Below, piece by piece: positions 11,543 to 19,909 of a DNA stretch of 64,000 nucleotides. Source of the stretch: a virus (Duplodnaviria; Heunggongvirae; Uroviricota; Caudoviricetes); IMG/VR virus record IMGVR_UViG_2609459800_000001; one strand, 5' to 3'. Position numbers and translations under genes: made by a program. Position 1 is the stretch's first letter. Each line of letters begins with the position of its first letter. The notes beneath the pieces were generated by a model. That model searched no databases and was not told the DNA's origin. It worked only from the letters and a program-made list of their open reading frames with translations.

Positions 11543-11742
11543 CAATCGTAAAAACCCATACCGGTACCGTGATCACCAAAGATGGCCCGCAGGTAAAAAA
11601 ATTGCACCAAACAGAGCGGATGTGGGTCGTTGGCAAAAACGAGTTTTACCACAAAGAAACTGGACGCCGCCATTTTGCAGAAAATACGCGCCGCCGACTG
11701 CTGTTAGACACCATCAAGCCTATCGAGGTGAAGCATGTTTAA
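11539..11742 (+). CDS. Small hypothetical protein
   Basis: 67-aa ORF whose start overlaps the upstream stop (ATGA). Confidence 0.5.
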   Translation: MTIVKTHTGTVITKDGPQVKKLHQTERMWVVGKNEFYHKETGRRHFAENTRRRLLLDTIKPIEVKHV

Positions 11743-11974
11743 ACAGAACGAAAAAGCTATCGCTCAAATTGCTGATTATATCCCGCGTGCGTGCCGGGGT
11801 ATGCAGTTGCAGGAAGCCAAAGCGCGCCTGGAGAAAAAAATTGCGCTCTATATTGATGACGGCTGTGATGCCGCCGTTCTTAACGAGGCGTTCGCACCAG
11901 CTCTTAACAGTCATACTCGGGAGTCTTTTTTTTCGTGCATCGCAGCGCAACTCCACCAAGGAGGCAACCAGTGA
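11735..11974 (+). CDS. Small hypothetical protein
   Basis: 79-aa ORF in a tightly coupled gene string. Confidence 0.5.
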   Translation: MFKQNEKAIAQIADYIPRACRGMQLQEAKARLEKKIALYIDDGCDAAVLNEAFAPALNSHTRESFFSCIAAQLHQGGNQ

Positions 11975-12720
11975 GCAAGATTGACTATCAGGTACTGCGT
12001 GAGGCGGCAGAACGTGCAATTCCGGCAATGGAACGCCTGTTAATGTTGCCAGTTGATGATGATTTGTTAACTGAACAGGAACTTAAGGATTACGGTGTGG
12101 ATATTGATGCGCTCAACGCCTTCAAATTTCTGACCGGACCAGAAACCGTGCTGGCGCTGCTGGATGAACGGGAAAGAAACCAGCAATACATCAAAAGCCG
12201 TGATCAGGAGAACGAGGATATTGCGCTAACGGTAGGGAAGCTGAGAGTTGAGCTTGAGGAAGTAAAACAACACGCTGAAGAATTATCCGAAACCAAGGCT
12301 GTTCGTAACCAATGGCGGCCAGATATTTGCCCAATAACCGGACGTGCATTTTTCATGTGGATTGAGCATCCAACATTGGGAAATGTGCCGACATATGGTG
12401 GCCCATTAGATAGTTACACCATTCCAACAAAGGACGGTGACGGTGAGTTTTCATGTGAGCGTTACGATCATGATTTTGGCGGTTGGGTAGAAAGCGAATG
12501 TCTTGGGTTATATCTGATTGATGATAGAGAACAATGCAGGGTCTACGAACTGGAGGAGCGCGTTAAGGAACTGGATGCTCGGGAAATATCGCTCCCGGAA
12601 CGTAGCAGCATGCTTCATCGAACAGATTTTCACGATGATTACCAAACGGTAATGGCATACAAAGTTTCTGAAGTCATCGATGCAATCCGCGCTACTGGCA
12701 TTCGCATCAAAGGAGAGTGA
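11971..12720 (+). CDS. Ead/Ea22-like protein
   Basis: GTG 11971 follows AAGGAGG. The central coiled coil and overall pattern resemble lambdoid Ea22-family proteins. Confidence 0.55.
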   Translation: MSKIDYQVLREAAERAIPAMERLLMLPVDDDLLTEQELKDYGVDIDALNAFKFLTGPETVLALLDERERNQQYIKSRDQENEDIALTVGKLRVELEEVKQHAEELSETKAVRNQWRPDICPITGRAFFMWIEHPTLGNVPTYGGPLDSYTIPTKDGDGEFSCERYDHDFGGWVESECLGLYLIDDREQCRVYELEERVKELDAREISLPERSSMLHRTDFHDDYQTVMAYKVSEVIDAIRATGIRIKGE

Positions 12721-12721
12721 T

Positions 12722-13237
12722 ATGGCGTTAACACACCGCGAACTCTGTCAGATTGCGTACAAGTTCCTTAAGCGCAACGGGTTCAAGGTTTGTTTTCATG
12801 ACCGCTTTATAGCTGTAACCAGTACCGGAGAACAGCCAGATGCTATGGGATTCAGAAATTCAGCATCATGCCTGATAGAGGCGAAGTGTTCTCGTGCTGA
12901 CTTGTTAGCAGATAGAAAAAAGCGTTTCCGTAAAAATCCGTCTCTTGGAATGGGCGACTGGCGATTCTTTATTAGTGAGCCGGGAATTATTTCAATTGAG
13001 GATTTACCACCTGGCTGGGGATTACTTCACGTTGTTAACGGAAGAGTACGGAAAGTACATGGATGGCCCAAGGGGAATTGCTGTTGGGGTAACCCTGAAG
13101 ATAAACCTTTTATTGGGAATAAGCAGGTTGAATGCGATTACATGTTATCTGCATTAAGGCGCATGGAGTTGAGAGGGCACCTTAATGAAATATATGACGG
13201 TGTAATTGTTAATAAGAAAGAAGGAAACGCGGCATGA
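12722..13237 (+). CDS. PD-(D/E)xK (MmcB-like) nuclease-fold protein
   Basis: It has the pattern ...QPDAMGF...LIEAKCS (D...E-x-K). The start is an internal ATG of track ORF 12680..13237 after AAAGGAGAG. Confidence 0.5.
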   Translation: MALTHRELCQIAYKFLKRNGFKVCFHDRFIAVTSTGEQPDAMGFRNSASCLIEAKCSRADLLADRKKRFRKNPSLGMGDWRFFISEPGIISIEDLPPGWGLLHVVNGRVRKVHGWPKGNCCWGNPEDKPFIGNKQVECDYMLSALRRMELRGHLNEIYDGVIVNKKEGNAA

Positions 13238-13620
13238 TCACTATTACCAAAGAGCGACTGCTGACAATCAAGCAGTGGCGCGAAACATACGGACCTGGTA
13301 GCAACGTTGTACTGCCAGCAGAAGAAGCGGAAGAACTGGCACGAATTGCTCTGGCATCACTGGAAGCAAAACCAATAGGTGCATTCCACATTGCAGAACA
13401 GCAAGTTGACGGCACAAGTGACCACCTCAAGGATGGAGAATGGCCTATTGATAATGGAATTATTGAGGTCTACGCCACTCCCCCCGTTCCAGTAGTACCG
13501 GAAGAAAAACCAATGCCTAATCCTCTTAGCATGTACGCGGTCGATGCTGTTGCCGCTATTGCAGAGGTGAGAGGCTGGAACGCCTGCCGTGCCGCTATGC
13601 TTCAGGGGAAAGGAGAGTGA
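13234..13620 (+). CDS. Hypothetical protein sharing modules with 13830..15029
   Basis: 128 aa. It shares IALASLEAKP and GWNACRAAMLQ blocks with the downstream DUF551 protein. Confidence 0.55.
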   Translation: MITITKERLLTIKQWRETYGPGSNVVLPAEEAEELARIALASLEAKPIGAFHIAEQQVDGTSDHLKDGEWPIDNGIIEVYATPPVPVVPEEKPMPNPLSMYAVDAVAAIAEVRGWNACRAAMLQGKGE

Positions 13621-13621
13621 T

Positions 13622-13819
13622 ATGGACAAAAACACACCTGCTTACTGGAGTTTATCACTTGATACTGAATGCCCAAAATGCGGCCACAATTTCGATCTGC
13701 TTTGTGATGCTGATTTCTGGGAATTTTCTGGAGCAAAACAGGCATGTGAAGAAATAAAAGGTTACGAAACATGCTGCCCAGAATGTAACCATGAATTTAA
13801 AACAGATTTTGTGTATTGA
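13622..13819 (+). CDS. Small zinc-ribbon protein
   Basis: 65 aa with CPKC...CCPEC. The start is an internal ATG of track ORF 13589..13819. Confidence 0.5.
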   Translation: MDKNTPAYWSLSLDTECPKCGHNFDLLCDADFWEFSGAKQACEEIKGYETCCPECNHEFKTDFVY

Positions 13820-13829
13820 GGCATAACGA

Positions 13830-15029
13830 ATGACCACTTTTACTAAAGAACAATTAATAGAGATAATTAAGCGCAATATAACGGTTATGGATCGTTATCC
13901 TGATTTAGTAACTGCACAAATGGATCTGGAAGTATACAAAATCGCGCTGGCATCACTGGAAGCAGAACCAGTTGCTTATATTTTCAAACATCCGGCCGGG
14001 AAATTATTCTGGGCTTTAACGGATGAAAGCAATAAAGAGCAACCGGACGTTATTCCTGTTTATGCTGACTCACCTGCGCCGGTTGTGCCGGATGAAATAG
14101 ACGTAAACGATGTACCAAGGGCGGTGACATATTTCAAGACACACAGAGATTGTTACGCAGATGGCTGGAACGCCTGCCGCGCCGCCATGCTTCAGTCCGG
14201 AAACTTTCGGGAAAACAAGAATTCGTCAACCAATAATTTTCGGGAAATCGCGGAAACGTCAACCAACTATCCGGTAATTCCTAGTGAGGTGTTGTCCGCA
14301 ATCCTGAAGGTTGCCAAGATTCGTGCCGATTTCGATGATTTTGACGGTGACAGGCGAGGTATCGGTGATTGTCTGGATGAGGCTGAGCAAGAGCTTATCG
14401 TTACCATTAACAAATATGCCAGTCAGTTGGCAGCAGAACCGATAGCGACTAATGACGTTCGAGAGCAAACAGCCGTTCCGCCAGTTCCTGTAATACAGGC
14501 TGATGTCGCGCAGGCAATTGAAAAACTCAAACGGAAATTAGTGGAATGCAATCGCTATAACTACTGTGCAGATGCAGTTAAAGGCGTAGAGGATGCCTGC
14601 CGTGCTGTTAGCTATAGCCAAGCCGACAATCAGCCAGCATCTGGCAACCAGGCTGCCGAATCCAATCGCGATAATGAGTGGACTGGCAATCCTGATATTG
14701 ATAACGCCATCATCATGCTCGACCGCATAGATACGCTGGAAAATTGCGATGATGACCGTATTGAGGCTGTTAAGGCTGTTTTGCGTAGACTGGCTGGCAA
14801 CTATCCGGTAACTCCGGATGGTTGGATAAGCTGTAGTGAGCGAATGCCGGATACCAAAACAGCCGTTCTTGTTGCCGTGGAGTTTGACAGGAAAGGTGAC
14901 TGGCGAATGAAATGGGCGACTTACATCCCGGGGCATCCTGACGCTAATGATGGGTGGATAATTCCTGGTGCGTCGTGGAAACCGTCACACTGGATGCCGC
15001 TACCAGAACCGCCGCAGGAGGCAAAATGA
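13830..15029 (+). CDS. DUF551-domain protein
   Basis: The C-terminus GWISCSERMPD...WMPLPEPP is characteristic of DUF551. The N-terminal modules are duplicated from 13234..13620. Confidence 0.6.
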   Translation: MTTFTKEQLIEIIKRNITVMDRYPDLVTAQMDLEVYKIALASLEAEPVAYIFKHPAGKLFWALTDESNKEQPDVIPVYADSPAPVVPDEIDVNDVPRAVTYFKTHRDCYADGWNACRAAMLQSGNFRENKNSSTNNFREIAETSTNYPVIPSEVLSAILKVAKIRADFDDFDGDRRGIGDCLDEAEQELIVTINKYASQLAAEPIATNDVREQTAVPPVPVIQADVAQAIEKLKRKLVECNRYNYCADAVKGVEDACRAVSYSQADNQPASGNQAAESNRDNEWTGNPDIDNAIIMLDRIDTLENCDDDRIEAVKAVLRRLAGNYPVTPDGWISCSERMPDTKTAVLVAVEFDRKGDWRMKWATYIPGHPDANDGWIIPGASWKPSHWMPLPEPPQEAK

Positions 15030-15286
15030 TGGATGTCAAAGAGAAGATTTTGCAGGTGATGCGTTCCCGTGCAGCCCTGCAAGAGAAAGTTCTCGGCGGG
15101 GAATATCCATTCAGGATGGCAACCTGGAGTCTGCGGTTGGCAATGGAGAAGGAATTTCCTGATGAAGAATGGCGTTCGGCAGATTTGCGCAAAATTCTTA
15201 TGGAGATGGCTAAAGACGGAACAGTATCCAAAGATACCTATGCCAGCCGGATTGGTCAGGCGGTATGGAGACTGGAGGTGAGGTAA
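15026..15286 (+). CDS. Small hypothetical protein
   Basis: 86 aa from ATG 15026, which overlaps the upstream stop. It lies in the same frame as track ORF 14954..15286. Confidence 0.5.
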   Translation: MMDVKEKILQVMRSRAALQEKVLGGEYPFRMATWSLRLAMEKEFPDEEWRSADLRKILMEMAKDGTVSKDTYASRIGQAVWRLEVR

Positions 15287-15369
15287 TGAGCTGGCCTGAA
15301 GCATTCACCACGGTAGGAATCGCAATGGCGGTAGCACTGGTTTTGTATTCAATTTGTCGCTGGGGATAA
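15286..15369 (+). CDS. Possible 27-aa membrane peptide
   Basis: MSWPEAFTTVGIAMAVALVLYSICRWG. The ATG overlaps the upstream stop (TAATG). Confidence 0.35.
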   Translation: MSWPEAFTTVGIAMAVALVLYSICRWG

Positions 15370-15371
15370 CG

Positions 15372-15605
15372 ATGGGAAAAATAACTTTTGTAGTCGAATT
15401 TGAGGATGGCAAAGAGCCACCTGTTAGCGCCAATCTTGATGTTGCTGGTGGCAGGCTTGTTTCGGTTCTATTTGGTGACTACCGAGATGATTTCTTCCAA
15501 CCAGAAGAAGTTGATGTGGTGCGAGAGGCATTAAACGAGTTAAGTGTTGATAACGATGATGCTCATGCGGAAATCATCCAAAAAATGGAACTGCTAACTC
15601 ACTAA
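15372..15605 (+). CDS. Small acidic hypothetical protein
   Basis: 77 aa from an internal ATG of track ORF 15354..15605. Confidence 0.5.
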   Translation: MGKITFVVEFEDGKEPPVSANLDVAGGRLVSVLFGDYRDDFFQPEEVDVVREALNELSVDNDDAHAEIIQKMELLTH

Positions 15606-15653
15606 ATTATCAATTATGGTGCTATCACCTACGACACCGAGAGAAAATTTATA

Positions 15654-15776
15654 ATGTCAAAAGTAAATGTTTTGATTTTTTCAGCAATTGTTGGCTTTGG
15701 TTTTACTGCCGGAGTGCAGATTTATATTACGTGGGGAAAAATCATCAACTACGCATGGAGTTGTTTTATTAAGTGA
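15654..15776 (+). CDS. Possible 40-aa membrane peptide
   Basis: MSKVNVLIFSAIVGFGFTAGVQIYITWGKIINYAWSCFIK has a single predicted transmembrane helix. Confidence 0.35.
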   Translation: MSKVNVLIFSAIVGFGFTAGVQIYITWGKIINYAWSCFIK

Positions 15777-15783
15777 GGTAAGT

Positions 15784-16077
15784 ATGTGGAGAGGTAATAA
15801 TCATGGCAAAAGCCAGATGATACTTACCGAATATAAGCTAGACCACAAAACCAATAAATCACGCTCAGTATATTTGCTCCGGCACAATAGCCGTGTAAGA
15901 AATACCGTGTTGGAACAAAATCTGACAGTTGAAATGGATAATTACGGGGGATTCAAGCCAACAATTTCGCTTGATGATTTTCCTCGTGGTTTAAGCGAAA
16001 GAGAAGCAATGCTGAAATTAGCAGAATGGCTACAAAGATTAAGCATTGCTATTGAAGATAACTGGTCTGAACCTTAA
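15784..16077 (+). CDS. Small hypothetical protein
   Basis: 97 aa from an ATG after GAGGT, within track ORF 15688..16077. Confidence 0.5.
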   Translation: MWRGNNHGKSQMILTEYKLDHKTNKSRSVYLLRHNSRVRNTVLEQNLTVEMDNYGGFKPTISLDDFPRGLSEREAMLKLAEWLQRLSIAIEDNWSEP

Positions 16078-16083
16078 ATTAAT

Positions 16084-16458
16084 ATGATGACACTAAAACA
16101 TTTTCTTGACCGCCCATTATGGGCGGCAGCCGCAGGCTATGACTTTAATTATATGGATTGCATGTCTTATGCTGCCAATGCATACGACCATTCGTTCAGC
16201 CTGCTGTTTAATTCTTTAAGAATATTGCCGGAAACGGAAGTTGGAGAGCTTCATTTATGGATATTGGGCTTTATCGCGGCTGTCGTTGGTATTGCTGTAT
16301 GGCCTTTTATTTTCTGGCTGGTGGCTGTTGTAGTGTGGTTTAAGTGCAAGACATACCGGAGAAAGTATTTCTTAGGTGATGGAATGACTGATATTGCCAA
16401 AATGAACATTGAAAAATGGACTAAGGAATGTGAAAAGAAATGGCGCAAAAAGAAATGA
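16084..16458 (+). CDS. Membrane protein
   Basis: 124 aa with a long hydrophobic stretch (LHLWILGFIAAVVGIAVWPFIFWLVAVVVWF) and a basic C-terminus. Confidence 0.55.
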   Translation: MMTLKHFLDRPLWAAAAGYDFNYMDCMSYAANAYDHSFSLLFNSLRILPETEVGELHLWILGFIAAVVGIAVWPFIFWLVAVVVWFKCKTYRRKYFLGDGMTDIAKMNIEKWTKECEKKWRKKK

Positions 16459-17120
16459 CTACTCTAACGACAGCATACTTACAGCAATTGGTATTTTTTG
16501 CAGGGGAGGCTACTTGTCATCCTGACGCAAACTATTTATTGGAATTTGAGAGGTTAGCGTCACCCGGTATCGTTCTGGAACTGGCCCAACAGGTGCTGAC
16601 ATTGAGACAAAAAGAGCAACTTGGAAGTGATGCTTACAAGTTAGATTTTGAGCAATGGCTTGAACAGCAACGCGGGAAAATAGATGTGGACTGTGGTTGT
16701 GTGTCCACTGAAACATTCATGCACTGGCTGCGGGTAGCTTACGAGGCTGGCAACTATCCGGATATTCCGGATAGTTCGGTGCCAGCGCCAGGAAAGGGAG
16801 TCACCGGTGAACGTATCCGCATTAAGCCGCATGTTTATCGCGAACTGGTTAACCGCCTCCACGATACAGCGATCAAGTGTGCTGGCACCCAGCAATTACG
16901 AGAAAGAATTAGCCGTGTTTTGGGCGACGTTATTACGCCAGATCATCATAAACAAGCCGAGAAAAGTGACCTGGAAAGGTGTCACCTTGAGGCGGCATTA
17001 AACATTAAGCCGGGGCATACGCTTGGCATTATCGATGCTCTGTTGGTTCATAAGATGGCCAGGGCTTTATTGCCGCTGGTGGCTGATAAGCATGAGGCGG
17101 GCCATGCCAACGAAAGCTGA
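16440..17120 (+). CDS. Hypothetical protein
   Basis: 226-aa ORF in a coupled gene string. The start could be 16455. Confidence 0.55.
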   Translation: MAQKEMTTLTTAYLQQLVFFAGEATCHPDANYLLEFERLASPGIVLELAQQVLTLRQKEQLGSDAYKLDFEQWLEQQRGKIDVDCGCVSTETFMHWLRVAYEAGNYPDIPDSSVPAPGKGVTGERIRIKPHVYRELVNRLHDTAIKCAGTQQLRERISRVLGDVITPDHHKQAEKSDLERCHLEAALNIKPGHTLGIIDALLVHKMARALLPLVADKHEAGHANES

Positions 17121-17385
17121 GTTACAGGCGCGCATAGAGATTCTTGAAAAAGAGAATGCGAGTCTAAAAGGAATGCTGGCGCGGGCGGAAAGGGAATTAT
17201 CAGGCAAATTATTGCCAGAAGAACTGCCACCAGCAGATATACCAGATCGAGTGTCCCGGTGGATGAAGTCTTTTGGTTTGCCGTGGGAGGCTTTTTGGTG
17301 CTACGAGCATCGCAGATGGTGTGATGAACTTGATAGCAGTTTTCCCTACTTTGCGGAAGGGAATACTTGCCCTGAGTTGTATTAG
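17104..17385 (+). CDS. Small coiled-coil protein
   Basis: 93 aa from ATG 17104, within track ORF 17023..17385. Its stop lies inside the left inverted repeat of the AT-rich cassette. Confidence 0.5.
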   Translation: MPTKAELQARIEILEKENASLKGMLARAERELSGKLLPEELPPADIPDRVSRWMKSFGLPWEAFWCYEHRRWCDELDSSFPYFAEGNTCPELY

Positions 17386-17437
17386 CTCAGATTTAACCTG
17401 ACACAGCTACGGCACAGTTCTAAACCTAATCTGACAG
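17379..17437. repeat. Left 59-bp imperfect inverted repeat bounding the AT-rich cassette
   Basis: GTATTAGCTCAGATTTAACCTGACA-N24-AATCTGACAG pairs with the reverse complement of 19522..19582. The spacing is identical, the outer arm matches 22/25 and the inner arm 10/10. Confidence 0.75.
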
Positions 17438-17990
17438 GCCGCTTTGTGCCAAAAGCGGGCATTGGGCGTTGTGGTAAATGCCTGATAATTTCTTCTTTTA
17501 CTAGCACAAGCCGCTGGATAATTGCCATGTTTCCAGCTTAAGTAAATCAAGAACAACTCGCGTACTGGCTGTATAAAGTTTGCCGGACGCAAATTTATTG
17601 ATTTCAGAAAAACCTGTTGAAATAGAGGTATATCAGCGTTAGTTTGATGTGAGTAAAGATCAGGAAAGAAGGTAGAAAAATGTTCCACTTGCGGGCAAAA
17701 AATCCTTCTATTAAATTGTTAAGGCTTTATGAAGATCGTACATTACGAATCGAATTCACCATGGGTAGGGAACATGAAATGTCCAAACCCTAAGTGCAGG
17801 AGGAATGACTCCTGCTTGATTCGGGATAGGTTGTACTCGCATGAAGTATGTATTGGCTCTAAACCCAAATACTGGTGGCGTTTGGTCACAAATACCTTAA
17901 CAAGTTTAGGTATGGGACGCTCCTAACGTCGCGCCCCTGCTAAAAGCGTTAGCTGTTCTCTAGCCTTCAACCAGATAAGGAAATAATCGT

Positions 17991-19421
17991 ATGAGTTCAG
18001 AATTGATTGCAAAACCTGGAACAGGGGTACTTTCCACAGATACAACAAAATTTGAAGGATATTTATCCTATCTTGGTTTGCCGACCGAAAATATAATTGC
18101 CTCTCTCCCTGAGCGCCAAATTATTGAAAAAAACCTCCCCACATTCATAGATTCTTTACCTGTTGAGGTAAAAAGAGATGCTCGATATTTATCAAAGTTC
18201 GTTGCTGGTGCGGCTATAGGACTATTTGATGCATCGTTAAATTATGTTTGGAATGAAGTTGTACTGAATTTAAGGGAAAAAGTAGTAGTTTATGGCCTCG
18301 ATATGTTCTTTGATGCTGCAGTTGGAGGAGGACGTAGAGAGCTTTATTCTACCGAAGAAGATCTTTCTGGTTTAAAAGACAACACCCTTATTAATACTTG
18401 CCGAAAACTTGAATTAATATCTGACGTTGTTTACACCAAGCTCAATCATATATTGACTATGAGGAATGACATTGGTGCTTCGCACCCAAATTCATACTCC
18501 ATAAATGCTTTTGAACTTCTTGGCTGGCTCCAAACATGCGTTCAAGATATTTTGAACGACAAACCGTCCGCGTCTGCCATACAAATAAAATCATTCCTTG
18601 AGAATCTAAAAAGATCCACTGATGTTCTTGATGAAGCCACAATTCATAGCATGGAAAGACCTTTGAATGATCTGTCGCTTCAGAATACAGACAATCTACT
18701 CAATAGTATTTTCGGCATATATACAGCTGACTCAACAGGAAATGTTGTCAGAAAAAATATCGCTCTTTTTGCTCCGCATATCTGGAATAAAAGCAGTGAT
18801 AACGTAAAATACAAGCTCGGTGTGACGCTAGACGGATACAAGAACAATCTTCACAACGAGAAACATGCTTTAGGTATTGAGTTTTTTACGTTTTGTGATG
18901 GTAATCGTTATCAATCATTAGACTCTAGAATTATATCACTGGACGGCCATGCCGACGATCTCTTAGAGGCTAGGTATGCTTGGGATAACTTTTATAATGA
19001 ACCCCCTCATATGCGGAAGATTCTTTCGTATTTAAAGACTGAAAATGACATACCTTTAGAGAGGGTTCATAAGCTTATAAAAACAGTTTTGATTTGCCGT
19101 GTTGGTAAAGGAATACCATATAATACTGGTGTTTCTCCGGCGGGACGACCTTTGTATGATCAGTTTTTTGGCATGCTTGGCGATCAAAACATTATCAATA
19201 CAGTTATAGCAATGCACTCTAATGAAGTGCGAGTGAATTTAGACAACAAATACTGCCAGCAACATATGGTAAGCGTTTTGACTTTGTTAAGAGCCAATGC
19301 TCGTAGCGAAAGAATTCAAGAAATTATAGATTTTTTGATCGCCAACCAAACGATTCTCCATAAAGTACACAACGATAAGAGATATAGAGATCTAACTAAA
19401 AATCACATCAGTTTTGGCTAA
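17991..19421 (+). CDS. Candidate HEPN-like abortive-infection/defence protein (476 aa)
   Basis: It is the only long ORF in an AT-rich island, with RBS AAGGA. It carries an R-x6-H motif (LTMRNDIGASHP, R158/H165) in a predicted helical region. No other recognisable domain. Confidence 0.45.
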   Translation: MSSELIAKPGTGVLSTDTTKFEGYLSYLGLPTENIIASLPERQIIEKNLPTFIDSLPVEVKRDARYLSKFVAGAAIGLFDASLNYVWNEVVLNLREKVVVYGLDMFFDAAVGGGRRELYSTEEDLSGLKDNTLINTCRKLELISDVVYTKLNHILTMRNDIGASHPNSYSINAFELLGWLQTCVQDILNDKPSASAIQIKSFLENLKRSTDVLDEATIHSMERPLNDLSLQNTDNLLNSIFGIYTADSTGNVVRKNIALFAPHIWNKSSDNVKYKLGVTLDGYKNNLHNEKHALGIEFFTFCDGNRYQSLDSRIISLDGHADDLLEARYAWDNFYNEPPHMRKILSYLKTENDIPLERVHKLIKTVLICRVGKGIPYNTGVSPAGRPLYDQFFGMLGDQNIINTVIAMHSNEVRVNLDNKYCQQHMVSVLTLLRANARSERIQEIIDFLIANQTILHKVHNDKRYRDLTKNHISFG

Positions 19422-19521
19422 CAAAGCGCTGCACACGGACTAAATTAAGCTTCGCTCACTGGGGCGGGCGACAGCCCGTCCCTTAACCAAACGTTAATGT
19501 CCGCTTCTCGCTCAAAGCAGA

Positions 19522-19582
19522 CTGTCAGATTTGATTGTGTGCTGCCAGTGAAAACTGTCAGATCAAGTCTGAGCTAATACAC
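19522..19582. repeat. Right inverted repeat bounding the AT-rich cassette
   Basis: Reverse complement of the 17379..17437 architecture. It ends about 20 nt before the next gene's start. Confidence 0.75.
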
Positions 19583-19603
19583 CTGAGTGTAGGAGGTAGC
19601 GCG

Positions 19604-19864
19604 ATGTTTCGTCCTCGTCCAATACCGCCGAAACTAACTAATGGCTATCAGCCGAATACTCCAGAAATACAAGGGAGCGAGGGGCTTAAACCACCACCAG
19701 CACCACGTATTCCGCCTGTAGCAAGGAACGTATCATTACGACGAGAGTTAATATTAGCCTTGTCGCCCATTCTGGCTGCCCGCCAGGATTGGGTAAGTAA
19801 TGATGAACTGGCAGAAAAAATCACATCGCTGGTGGATAAAATTATGGATAAAGCTGATATCTGA
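19604..19864 (+). CDS. Small proline-rich hypothetical protein
   Basis: 86 aa from the ATG after GTAGGAGG, within track ORF 19535..19864. Confidence 0.5.
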   Translation: MFRPRPIPPKLTNGYQPNTPEIQGSEGLKPPPAPRIPPVARNVSLRRELILALSPILAARQDWVSNDELAEKITSLVDKIMDKADI

Positions 19865-19875
19865 TCACCATGCTA

Positions 19876-19905
19876 AAATCCCCTCAATTCACAGAGGGGA
19901 TTTTT
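19876..19905 (+). terminator. Rho-independent terminator
   Basis: AAATCCCCTC-loop-GAGGGGATTT followed by a T-run. Confidence 0.8.
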
Positions 19906-19909
19906 GTAT

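Noticed and set aside
17407-17926. ORFs 17407..17688 (minus, 93 aa) and 17729..17926 (plus, 65 aa with a CxxC) in the region upstream of the HEPN-like gene, considered as a possible antitoxin or partner gene.
   Set aside because: I saw no convincing RBS, the composition is odd and there is no recognisable fold or motif. They may be remnants of a decayed gene or non-coding leader. I leave them unannotated, but they are worth testing together with the cassette.
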